This document shows, in pieces, positions 56,669-64,000 of a stretch of DNA of 64,000 nucleotides. Position 1 is the stretch's first letter, and the number at the start of each line of letters is the position of its first letter. Origin of the DNA: an uncultured virus (IMG/VR IMGVR_UViG_3300005965_000003) (lineage: Duplodnaviria; Heunggongvirae; Uroviricota; Caudoviricetes); IMG/VR virus record IMGVR_UViG_3300005965_000003, one strand, 5' to 3'. The notes under the pieces are model-generated. The model ran no database searches. It saw nothing but the letters and a program-made list of their open reading frames with translations, and had not been told where the DNA came from. A program made the position numbers and the translations under genes.

Positions 56669-56696
56669 TTAATTAATCTTACCTAAAAAGTATATT
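56669..56696 (+). promoter_or_regulatory. putative phage early promoter
   Basis: TTAATTAA-N12-AGTATATT. Confidence 0.75.
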
Positions 56697-56705
56697 GATT
56701 CTGGT

Positions 56706-56993
56706 ATGATAGAGAGAAAAGTTACAGTCAAAATAGAACACGGATTACATGCTCGCCCTTGCTGTTCAATCGTGGAAAAACGGCTTAAGTGCGATCTTGA
56801 AGAAGCTTCAATGACTAAAATATCTACCGGTATGACCGTAGATATGAATAGTATCATAAATATGTTGCTTCTCGTCGGTAATGAAGGGGATGAGTATGTG
56901 CTTAGAGCAAAAGTAAAGGATGAAGAACAATTTATTGAGTACGTTGAAGAACTCCTCAGTAAAAGAGATCCGTTCATCAAAAAACTTAGCTGA
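56706..56993 (+). CDS. HPr-family phosphocarrier protein
   Basis: GLHARP with His at residue 15; MNSIINML at the Ser46-equivalent site. Confidence 0.85.
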   Translation: MIERKVTVKIEHGLHARPCCSIVEKRLKCDLEEASMTKISTGMTVDMNSIINMLLLVGNEGDEYVLRAKVKDEEQFIEYVEELLSKRDPFIKKLS

Positions 56994-57147
56994 AAAAATA
57001 GATGAGATTCTTTATAAGTATGCTATGATAGTCGCTTCGTGCGAAAGGGTTTTGGATCTTAATGACTACGAAGAGATTAAGCGCAACTGCAAAAGAATAG
57101 CTAAAGCACAAAAACAAACCAGAGAGCAAATCCTCTCACTTCTTTAA
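56920..57147 (+). CDS. hypothetical protein (start uncertain)
   Basis: Fills gap between HPr and nicotinamidase. Confidence 0.45.
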   Translation: MKNNLLSTLKNSSVKEIRSSKNLAEKIDEILYKYAMIVASCERVLDLNDYEEIKRNCKRIAKAQKQTREQILSLL

Positions 57148-57156
57148 GGAGTACTT

Positions 57157-57960
57157 ATGCCGAGCAAGATCGTACTGCTGTCGATTGATCCTCAAAACGA
57201 CTTCTGCGACCCGAATGGAGCCCTTTCGGTCTCCGGGGCGGACAAAGACATGGAGCGCCTCGCTTCCATGGTAAAAAAGAACAAATCCAAGATTGATGAT
57301 ATCTTTGTCACTCTTGACTCCCACCGTACCGTCCATGTCGCCCATCCCATCTGGTGGGTAAATACCGACGGCGAGCACCCGGCTCCATTTACCATCATCA
57401 ACAAGGATGATGTTTGCGGAAGCAATCCTCAGTGGCGCTCCTACAATCCGGGATACCAGAAATGGTCGGAATACTACGTCAGCAAGCTGGCGGAAAACAA
57501 CCGCTACCCGCTTTGTGTCTGGCCCCCACACTGTTTGATCGGGAGTTGGGGACATGCCATTTACCCGGTGCTTTTTGAGGCACTCTGTGAGTGGGAACAT
57601 CAGTACGCCACAGTGAACTATGTCACCAAGGGTAGCAACATCCGCACGGAGCACTACAGTGCCATGCAGGCAGACGTCCAGGATTCCGATGATAACACCA
57701 CGGGACTCAATACCAAATTGATTGAGGAGCTCCAGACGGCTGATATTATCGCTATCTCGGGGGAAGCCAGCAGCCACTGCGTGAAGCACACGGTAATGGA
57801 TATCGCCAACAATTTTGGCGAAGAGAACATTACCAAGTTCGTCTACCTTGAGGACACAAGCTCTCCTGTCCCGGGATTCGAGGCTGAGGCCGAGAGTTTT
57901 ATCAAAGAAATGACTGATCGAGGAATGAAGCTCGCCAAAGCCGAAGATTTTCTTTCTTAA
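57157..57960 (+). CDS. pncA: nicotinamidase/isochorismatase-family cysteine hydrolase (PncA-like)
   Basis: IDPQNDFC, GAL.V.GA, TLDSH, WPPHC..GSWGH, KG...EHYSA, GEASSHCV. Confidence 0.88.
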   Translation: MPSKIVLLSIDPQNDFCDPNGALSVSGADKDMERLASMVKKNKSKIDDIFVTLDSHRTVHVAHPIWWVNTDGEHPAPFTIINKDDVCGSNPQWRSYNPGYQKWSEYYVSKLAENNRYPLCVWPPHCLIGSWGHAIYPVLFEALCEWEHQYATVNYVTKGSNIRTEHYSAMQADVQDSDDNTTGLNTKLIEELQTADIIAISGEASSHCVKHTVMDIANNFGEENITKFVYLEDTSSPVPGFEAEAESFIKEMTDRGMKLAKAEDFLS

Positions 57961-57997
57961 GAAATATCAAATACAAATAATATCATAAGGAGTACTC

Positions 57998-58735
57998 ATG
58001 CCTAAATTGATGGGTAATGAAGTAAAAACCCCCACAGGTTTTACCTACAGCGGAGTTGGCGTTGAAGATCTCGGTGCCTCGGAATACACTCTGGTCGTGA
58101 TCGCCCAGGACACATCGACATCGGTCGAGGATTACAAGAAAGAGATGGAAGACTGCCTCAAACAGATTCTCGATGCTTGTAAGAAATCGCCTCGTTCCGA
58201 AAACCTTCTGCTCCGATTGATGGAGTTTAATTCTCAAGTAGGGGAGCTCCACGGCTACCGGGAGCTCAGCAAGGTTGATCCCAGCGAATACGATAACCTT
58301 CTGGATCCGCGTGGTTGGACCGCTCTTTATGACGGCACCATGGATGCCCTGGAATCGGTAGACGGATATAGCAGGCAGCTCGGTGATATGGATTACCTCT
58401 GTAATGCTATCGTCTTCGTTATCACCGATGGCGGTGAGAACAAATCCAGGATTTCCACAACCAATATGATTCGTGATAAGATCAAAGAGATCAAATCCGA
58501 ATCGAACATGAATCTGGAATCGCTGAAGGTCATCCTTGTTGGTGTGGGGACAGATCCCTATGTCATGGACGCCCTGGAAAGATTCGAGAACGAAACTGAG
58601 CTGGATCAATTCGTAAAGATCGGAGAGGCTACTCCCGGAAAGCTGGCTAAGCTGGCTGCTTTCGTGAGTCAAAGTGTATCCTCAACTTCTCAGGCGTTAG
58701 GCACCGGTGGCCCGTCGCAAAGTCTAACATTCTAA
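57998..58735 (+). CDS. vWA domain protein (TerY-like)
   Basis: MIDAS QDTSTS, GWTALYD, FVITDGGEN, VGVG. Confidence 0.88.
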   Translation: MPKLMGNEVKTPTGFTYSGVGVEDLGASEYTLVVIAQDTSTSVEDYKKEMEDCLKQILDACKKSPRSENLLLRLMEFNSQVGELHGYRELSKVDPSEYDNLLDPRGWTALYDGTMDALESVDGYSRQLGDMDYLCNAIVFVITDGGENKSRISTTNMIRDKIKEIKSESNMNLESLKVILVGVGTDPYVMDALERFENETELDQFVKIGEATPGKLAKLAAFVSQSVSSTSQALGTGGPSQSLTF

Positions 58736-58737
58736 CG

Positions 58738-58804
58738 AAAGTATGCCCCCGAGGTTGCTCCTGGACTCCCAACCATAGCTAATACCAAAGGGGCATACTT
58801 TTTT
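58738..58804 (+). terminator. terminator with a 12-bp stem and a 40-nt structured loop
   Basis: AAAGTATGCCCC...GGGGCATACTTT-TTT; internal GGTTG/CAACC. Confidence 0.6.
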
Positions 58805-58905
58805 GCGCACATACCTATAGGGCCCTCCGGGGGGCCGGGTCATGGGTGAAACGACACGCACTGCCGCCCATGCTCACTGCCCTGCAGTGCTGGTGAGATG
58901 TGCGC
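58805..58905 (+). ncRNA. candidate GC-rich four-way-junction RNA with loop-loop pairing
   Basis: GCGCACAT/ATGTGCGC closing stem; GGCCCT/GGGGCC, CATGGGTG/CGCCCATG and CTCAC/GTGAG arms; loops GCACTGC and GCAGTGC are complementary; strand not certain. Confidence 0.6.
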
Positions 58906-58917
58906 TCTTTTAATACT

Positions 58918-59535
58918 ATGAAAACAAAAGAACTAATTAAGCTATTACAGGAAGAGGACCCGTCCGGAGAAGCTCATGTACGGATGCCGGGGGGTGTTCC
59001 GGTACATGTAGAACTTAAAGAAGGTTACTATGATGGCCCTTACTCATATATTGATGAAGATGGAAATTTTGTAGAGACTGATAATGGTGAGAAGGTCGAT
59101 GTCTACTGTACCGATCTAGAAGAATTTGTCTGGGAAAATAAGGGCGACCTTTCCAAGATAAAAGTGGATTTTGATTGTTTTAAAGATCGAAAAGAATCTG
59201 TTTTAGCAGAAGCTAAAAAGTACGCCGACCGCTATAAAAGCTTCCAAGAGACTCAAGAAGCTTCTTTATATATGGAGATCTCCCGTAATATAGCAAACGG
59301 GTACCAGATCATTCAAGCACACTCAAAGCAAAATCCCGAACATTCTGGTTTTTGGTATATAAAGGACTTGGATAAATTTCAGTATGAGGACAAGCATGGT
59401 GTCCGGGTGAACAACGAAAACCAAAAAACGCTATGTATGGGTGCAGAAAGATTTATAGAAAAAAGTGGATTCTTCCAGCACACGGTCTATGGGGACTTAA
59501 AAGTATGGCATTTATGTTTAAGAAGAAACGACTAA
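58918..59535 (+). CDS. hypothetical protein
   Basis: MKTKELIKLLQEEDPSGE...GYYDG pattern. Confidence 0.8.
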   Translation: MKTKELIKLLQEEDPSGEAHVRMPGGVPVHVELKEGYYDGPYSYIDEDGNFVETDNGEKVDVYCTDLEEFVWENKGDLSKIKVDFDCFKDRKESVLAEAKKYADRYKSFQETQEASLYMEISRNIANGYQIIQAHSKQNPEHSGFWYIKDLDKFQYEDKHGVRVNNENQKTLCMGAERFIEKSGFFQHTVYGDLKVWHLCLRRND

Positions 59536-59789
59536 GATTCCAACGCTACGCAGCTCTAATAAGAGATGTAGCTCGAACTGCTTCAGAAGAAAGAGCTGCT
59601 AAGTGTGGCTTTGACCTGATGTGTGGCCTCGCGGCAGGGGATTCTGACAAGAGAGAAAACTCCTGGAAAGCTTACCTGGTAAATTACGTAAAGGGCCAAT
59701 CCATAACTGAAGAAGAAGAACGAGATGGTGTTTGGGTACCCGCTATTTTTTACGATATCAAAAATATGTACAATAAAAAGAAAAAGTAA
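59433..59789 (+). CDS. hypothetical protein (true start likely near 59505-59514)
   Basis: Track start overlaps previous gene by about 100 nt. Confidence 0.6.
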   Translation: MYGCRKIYRKKWILPAHGLWGLKSMAFMFKKKRLRFQRYAALIRDVARTASEERAAKCGFDLMCGLAAGDSDKRENSWKAYLVNYVKGQSITEEEERDGVWVPAIFYDIKNMYNKKKK

Positions 59790-59800
59790 TTAGGAGAACT

Positions 59801-60124
59801 TTGATGCCGCGAGTGAAGCATGAGTTTTATTGCACCTGTTGCTCTAAGTATTTTGATGTAAAACTCAATATGAAGCTTGAGGGTAACTACCGGATACACT
59901 GCCCTAACTGTGGACATATTCATTATAGACAGGTTGTAAAAGGGGAGATTACCGACACAAGATTCCCCCAAAACGATAGCCAGATTCTGATAGAGGACAT
60001 TTACCCAATGAAATCCTCATGTAGGGATTTTCAAAAGGAAACCGCAGAAGACTCGGATTTTAGCCCTGCACCAGAGGGCTTTATGAAAAGACTTTGGGCT
60101 GACCGGTTTTCTTGGAAGGAGTAG
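59801..60124 (+). CDS. zinc-ribbon protein
   Basis: CTCC...HCPNCGHIHYR; AGGAG RBS. Confidence 0.8.
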   Translation: MMPRVKHEFYCTCCSKYFDVKLNMKLEGNYRIHCPNCGHIHYRQVVKGEITDTRFPQNDSQILIEDIYPMKSSCRDFQKETAEDSDFSPAPEGFMKRLWADRFSWKE

Positions 60125-60126
60125 TT

Positions 60127-61014
60127 ATGGGATGCTGGAACGAAACTTGTTTTCTTACTAATCTGCCTATTATGAGTGGAGATCGAGTAATAGTATTACC
60201 TATTATTCGAAAGCACGGTAAATTCGTAGATGAGTATAAGCCTTTAGATGTCTATAAAATTCTTTCAATGTCCTTTAGAGGTAGCTATAATGATTATGGC
60301 ACCCTTGAGGATATAGACGAAAACCCACTCTCCCAGTTCTCGGTGGACATCTTCAGTAAACTTTTTGCTTCGAGAAGAGGCCTTAGCTATAGCGAAGAAG
60401 ACTTTAACACTGGTGAAGGCCTTCCGTTTGATAATCCCGAAAAGATTTGCCACGCTATAGAACGGGGCTATATATTCACTAAAGCGGATCCTACTCGTAC
60501 AGCTTATCAGTTAATGATGCACGAGGAAGCCTTTAATACCTTTGTGGATACTCTCGGGAACCGAGCTCCCCTTTTATTTGACGAACCTAACCCGTATAAA
60601 AGTAATAGAGCTCTTTTCGAAGCAGCGTTAAAAGAGTTGCCAAAAAAGCTTGAAGTTTACGACCCTATTCTATCGTGCCCGTCTATACCTTCGTTGTTTG
60701 GGTATGCTTTCCATGACGGTCTGCTAATAGCCAGAGAATACTGCGAAAAGTATATTAATAGTCCTGAGGCTACGCGAGGGCTTATTGATGTTTTCCTGTT
60801 TGTAGACGCCCTTGCTTTTTCGAGGAAAGTAATTTACCCAACTATAGGCAAAGGCTCACAAATTGCTGAGGTTAAGCTACAGGAAGCCTTGGCTAATTTT
60901 ACCAAAAAGCATGTTTCCCAAATATTAGAGGAAAACAAAGAAGCAGCGGAAGATAAGTACTCACCCTATACTGAAACCTACTATGTCAATGACCTTATTG
61001 ATCGCAAGTATTAA
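60127..61014 (+). CDS. phage-type hypothetical protein
   Basis: AAGGAG RBS; MGCWNETCFLTNLPI..GD.V, G.YNDYG, GSQ. Confidence 0.8.
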   Translation: MGCWNETCFLTNLPIMSGDRVIVLPIIRKHGKFVDEYKPLDVYKILSMSFRGSYNDYGTLEDIDENPLSQFSVDIFSKLFASRRGLSYSEEDFNTGEGLPFDNPEKICHAIERGYIFTKADPTRTAYQLMMHEEAFNTFVDTLGNRAPLLFDEPNPYKSNRALFEAALKELPKKLEVYDPILSCPSIPSLFGYAFHDGLLIAREYCEKYINSPEATRGLIDVFLFVDALAFSRKVIYPTIGKGSQIAEVKLQEALANFTKKHVSQILEENKEAAEDKYSPYTETYYVNDLIDRKY

Positions 61015-61025
61015 AAGGAGGCTGT

Positions 61026-61388
61026 ATGCCTGAAGTCCTGGAATTCAAGAGCAAGGGTAAAAGACGCACAAAGAAAGATGAAGGCGAAGTTATCGACCAT
61101 GGGACGATTGGCGGTCTTCACTACGACGTGTTTAAAAGAGGCGTAATCCACATAAAGGATAAAGTCTCAAAGTGCTTCAAGAAAGATATAGATCAGTTTG
61201 AGGAGTGCCTTGATAGCTTTGACTTTGATGACATGGGCGACGGAGAAGAATTTTTTATTGCCGGATCCGGGGATAATGACGATCTTATCTTCCTTAAAAA
61301 AGATGGTGAGATTCATTTGTCTCTAAAAAAGAAAAATTTTTCCGTAGTAGAGAAGCTAAAAAACATTGTAAAAAAATATCGGAGGTAA
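61026..61388 (+). CDS. hypothetical protein A1 (paralogue of 61833-62138)
   Basis: AGGAGG RBS; alignable with A2 along its length. Confidence 0.8.
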   Translation: MPEVLEFKSKGKRRTKKDEGEVIDHGTIGGLHYDVFKRGVIHIKDKVSKCFKKDIDQFEECLDSFDFDDMGDGEEFFIAGSGDNDDLIFLKKDGEIHLSLKKKNFSVVEKLKNIVKKYRR

Positions 61389-61390
61389 CC

Positions 61391-61807
61391 ATGTCGGACA
61401 CACTTGTTATGGATCGCCGTATCGTTTGGGACAGCAAAAATAAAAAAGAGGTAGAAGAAGCCAAAAAGATCATGCTGGACTTCAAACGTAAGGGTCACCT
61501 GATTCTTCGAGCTACCGGTGAGAAGGTAGAGTATTTCCGTCCGTATTTTGAGGAATTGATAATAAAGGCGGAAAAAATTCAAAAGAACGTAATGAAAATT
61601 CTCTGTGAATCAGGGGATGACCGCATTGTCTGGGACAAAGAAGACGGCTATGAGGCAAAAGAAGCTAAAGCGAAGTTCGAAGAGCTCATGGGGAAAGGCT
61701 ATAAAGCATACAGTGTTGATTCCAAAGGCCAAAAAAATCGGTGCATAAAGGAATTCGACATCGATGCTGAAGAAATCCTTATGGTTCCTCCTACGGCAAA
61801 AGGCTAA
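61391..61807 (+). CDS. two-repeat small protein B ending in ILMVPPTAKG
   Basis: GGAGG RBS; DxRIVWD...EAK...KG...EE repeated twice. Confidence 0.85.
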   Translation: MSDTLVMDRRIVWDSKNKKEVEEAKKIMLDFKRKGHLILRATGEKVEYFRPYFEELIIKAEKIQKNVMKILCESGDDRIVWDKEDGYEAKEAKAKFEELMGKGYKAYSVDSKGQKNRCIKEFDIDAEEILMVPPTAKG

Positions 61808-61832
61808 AATCTTAAAAGAAAAGGAATAAAAC

Positions 61833-62138
61833 ATGGGTGGGTTAAACGAGACTACTATTAACGGTTACCGTCTACATATTAATGATGAAGATGTACATAT
61901 TCATGATGATGATCGTGACCTCAAATTTGTATGTGATGCAGAGGACTTTAAAACGGAAGTACAAGAAGCTTTCGACCAGCTAAAGTCTTCTGACGGAATA
62001 TACAAGATCGAGGGCATCTCAGAAAATAGCAAATGTTCTGATCTTTGTATTGTAAAAGATGGTAAAGCTTTCTATTTCTATATTGCTCCAAAGGGCAGTA
62101 TTAAAAAAGATCTTATGAAATTTGTAAAGGACTGCTAA
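61833..62138 (+). CDS. hypothetical protein A2 (paralogue of 61026-61388)
   Basis: AAGGA RBS. Confidence 0.8.
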   Translation: MGGLNETTINGYRLHINDEDVHIHDDDRDLKFVCDAEDFKTEVQEAFDQLKSSDGIYKIEGISENSKCSDLCIVKDGKAFYFYIAPKGSIKKDLMKFVKDC

Positions 62139-62139
62139 T

Positions 62140-62901
62140 ATGGCGGCTTTAGTAGTAGACACAGGCACGACAACAGGTACATGTTTTACGCTATATTCCC
62201 CCAGTGGCTCCTGTTATGATACCTCAAACAACGTTACGACAGGTAGCTACATACCTTCTAACCTAAGTAACGTATTTAGCCGCTATATAGGGGAAGCTAA
62301 TAATTCTTATACCAGATACCGAATGGCTGCACATCTAAATTATCTATTGCAGCAAAATCAGGGCACTGCTACTAATTATGATTCAAGTACTTATATAGAT
62401 AACTGCTTTTTCAATGAGAGTAATGCTACAGGGAATATTATCTTCAGGGATTCTACTGTAGTCACTTCAGGTGGTTTTGTATATGCTTTTGTTACAGCGG
62501 AGGAGTTAAAGAAAGAGCAGTTCCGCAAAAAGATACAAAACCAGTTGATTCTTGTGCCTAAAGGTAAGGCTGATCCAGTCATAAACCCTGAAAGAAATGA
62601 AGCCCTCGCTATTGAGACTCTTCGGGAAATGATTACCGAGGAAGAATTTAAAAGGTTTATAGCCCGGGGCTTTATTACTGTACAGGGAAGAAGTGGGAAA
62701 ACCTACCAGATTTTCCGGAACAATTGGCACACGAAGGTATGGGTAGGTGGGAAACTGGTGGAAGAGATCTGTGTACGGATATCAGGTAAAGTGAAAGCTC
62801 CGGCTACTGATAACCTTATTGCTTTCAAAGCTATGATCGAGGCAGATGAAGAAGAATTCAGAAAGATAGGTAACGTGTATAAATTTAACAGGGCTGCTTA
62901 A
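62140..62901 (+). CDS. hypothetical protein C1 with conserved C-terminal domain
   Basis: AIETLREMITEEEFKRFIARGFITVQGRSGKTYQI...H...ICV...PATDNLIAFK. Confidence 0.85.
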   Translation: MAALVVDTGTTTGTCFTLYSPSGSCYDTSNNVTTGSYIPSNLSNVFSRYIGEANNSYTRYRMAAHLNYLLQQNQGTATNYDSSTYIDNCFFNESNATGNIIFRDSTVVTSGGFVYAFVTAEELKKEQFRKKIQNQLILVPKGKADPVINPERNEALAIETLREMITEEEFKRFIARGFITVQGRSGKTYQIFRNNWHTKVWVGGKLVEEICVRISGKVKAPATDNLIAFKAMIEADEEEFRKIGNVYKFNRAA

Positions 62902-63578
62902 TGGATTCGTATCACTTAAATTTGACCCCCGGTACGATATATACTATGGAGCCCGAGCACCCTGTCTCCATAACTGAGGGAACAGTCATAGAAAATATGT
63001 CAGGCACTCGTAGACTCGAAGTTAAGAAACTCCACAAAAAAATCCTTCTACGAGAACCCGACAAAAAGACATATTTTCACGTACTCCCTCAGCCGGATGA
63101 TAAACTCAAGGAGAGCCCCCAATACTTATGTGGCTCTCCAATTTATCTTTCGGTCGATTCTGTGAGCTTAATCATACCGGATGCGTTTCCTTTCTTTCCT
63201 GCTCCATTCTTCGATCACCAAAACGTTTTTGCTGTACGAAAAAGAGGGGATTTAGTAATACCCAATACAAAGGCCCAGCAAAAAGCTTTGGAGACTTTGA
63301 GGGAGCTATTGTCTGAAAAAGAATTTCGAAAATTTATTAAGTACGGTTTTATCACCGTGGATTCAGCTAGCGGTAGAACTTATCAAATATACATGAACCA
63401 GCTTCATGTAAAAATTTGGGAAAAAGGTGAAATTACAGGGGAGCTCTGCGCTTACATAAAGAACAAAAAGATACCCCCTATTGATAAACTTATAGCATTT
63501 AAGACTATAATAGAAACAGATGAAAACGAATTTTTGCAGATGGGTAACTACTACAATATGAAAAGGAAGGTAGCCTGA
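62901..63578 (+). CDS. hypothetical protein C2 (paralogue of C1 C-terminal domain)
   Basis: ALETLRELLSEKEFRKFIKYGFITVDSASGRTYQI...H...LCA...PPIDKLIAFK. Confidence 0.85.
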   Translation: MDSYHLNLTPGTIYTMEPEHPVSITEGTVIENMSGTRRLEVKKLHKKILLREPDKKTYFHVLPQPDDKLKESPQYLCGSPIYLSVDSVSLIIPDAFPFFPAPFFDHQNVFAVRKRGDLVIPNTKAQQKALETLRELLSEKEFRKFIKYGFITVDSASGRTYQIYMNQLHVKIWEKGEITGELCAYIKNKKIPPIDKLIAFKTIIETDENEFLQMGNYYNMKRKVA

Positions 63579-63841
63579 TGCCTACCCCAGGTAACTACAG
63601 GTATTCAAACAATATCGTTATCCCCTCTGTAGAAAAAGCAGAGATAGGGATCCGTGATATCGCTCTTGCTGCTGATGTCGTTTTACGGCTGACAAAACTG
63701 GTTAACGGGCCCAACGACCATCTTCACATAGAAGCTTCTTCAAATGAAAAAAATAAAATAGATAGGTTTATTCAAATCCTAGAAAATGCTATAGATACCT
63801 ACAAAAAGTTTTCGAATCCAGGTGGAATAATTAAAGGATAA
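63578..63841 (+). CDS. hypothetical protein
   Basis: TGATG coupling. Confidence 0.6.
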   Translation: MPTPGNYRYSNNIVIPSVEKAEIGIRDIALAADVVLRLTKLVNGPNDHLHIEASSNEKNKIDRFIQILENAIDTYKKFSNPGGIIKG

Positions 63842-63845
63842 ATAC

Positions 63846-64000
63846 ATGTTCAATACTGACCATTACTATGAAATTGGATACGGTCATACCTTCTGCCAGG
63901 ATTACGCCTTAAGCGGTAGCTACGGGAATATGAGCTACGCGATTGTATGTGACGGGTGTAGTGGCTCTGATCAATCTGATGTTGGTGCTCGTTTACTGTG
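63846..64000 (+). CDS. PP2C-family protein phosphatase (5' part, runs off window)
   Basis: AAGGA RBS; manual translation MFNTDHYYEIGYGHTFCQDYA...AIVCDGCSGSDQSDVGARLL with G..H..CQD and hhCDG motifs. Confidence 0.85.
   Translation, partial: MFNTDHYYEIGYGHTFCQDYALSGSYGNMSYAIVCDGCSGSDQSDVGARLL

Noticed and set aside
321..62730. Numerous minus-strand and alternate-frame ORFs in the track (e.g. 1621-2316, 10434-11168, 23383-24096, 57136-57789, 57983-58672)
   Set aside because: They overlap well-supported + strand genes, lack RBSs and recognisable motifs, and are typical antisense shadows.
1..64000. CRISPR array, rRNA or canonical tRNA genes
   Set aside because: No regularly spaced repeat-spacer array and no cloverleaf with GTTCRA T-loop and CCA end was found by eye; a tRNAscan/CRISPR scan would be needed to exclude them fully.
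1..64000. Stop-codon reassignment as seen in some large phages
   Set aside because: Conserved genes are full length in code 11 and end in TAA, TGA or TAG at expected positions; coding density is already high.

Overview
The window looks like part of a large (jumbo-type) bacteriophage genome. It is densely packed with short, translationally coupled ORFs, all but one of the credible ones on the + strand, and reads cleanly in genetic code 11. No rRNA, canonical tRNA, CRISPR array or recognisable structural gene was found. Recognisable genes are a three-part restriction-modification-like cluster (N6-adenine MTase, SF2 helicase, Mrr-like nuclease), MoxR AAA plus vWA-metallopeptidase, a motor-only FtsK, two sigma-region-4-like proteins, Hsp20, thyA, folA, a MazG-NadD fusion, a DEDDh exonuclease, rIIA/rIIB, YqeY, HNH/LAGLIDADG/NUMOD1 endonucleases, and a macrodomain-NDT-Nudix-HPr-nicotinamidase-vWA cluster with a PP2C phosphatase starting at the right edge. 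About 19 intergenic copies of an AT-rich motif ending in AGTATATT look like phage early promoters. The main unexplained signals are: (1) at least nine otherwise dissimilar proteins share a roughly 30-aa 'LPL.LND...IALWR...GK' module at or near the C-terminus; (2) a 61-63.6 kb module in which every component is duplicated, with a possible ubiquitin-like tail and conserved His/Cys partners; (3) a possible deamidating NAD+-rebuilding and ADP-ribose clean-up kit; (4) two multibranch structured RNA candidates at about 54.0 and 58.85 kb; (5) a TnpB remnant that may keep its omega-RNA; (6) a perfect sigma-54 promoter in front of hsp20. All functional calls come from motif recognition by eye, with no database search.
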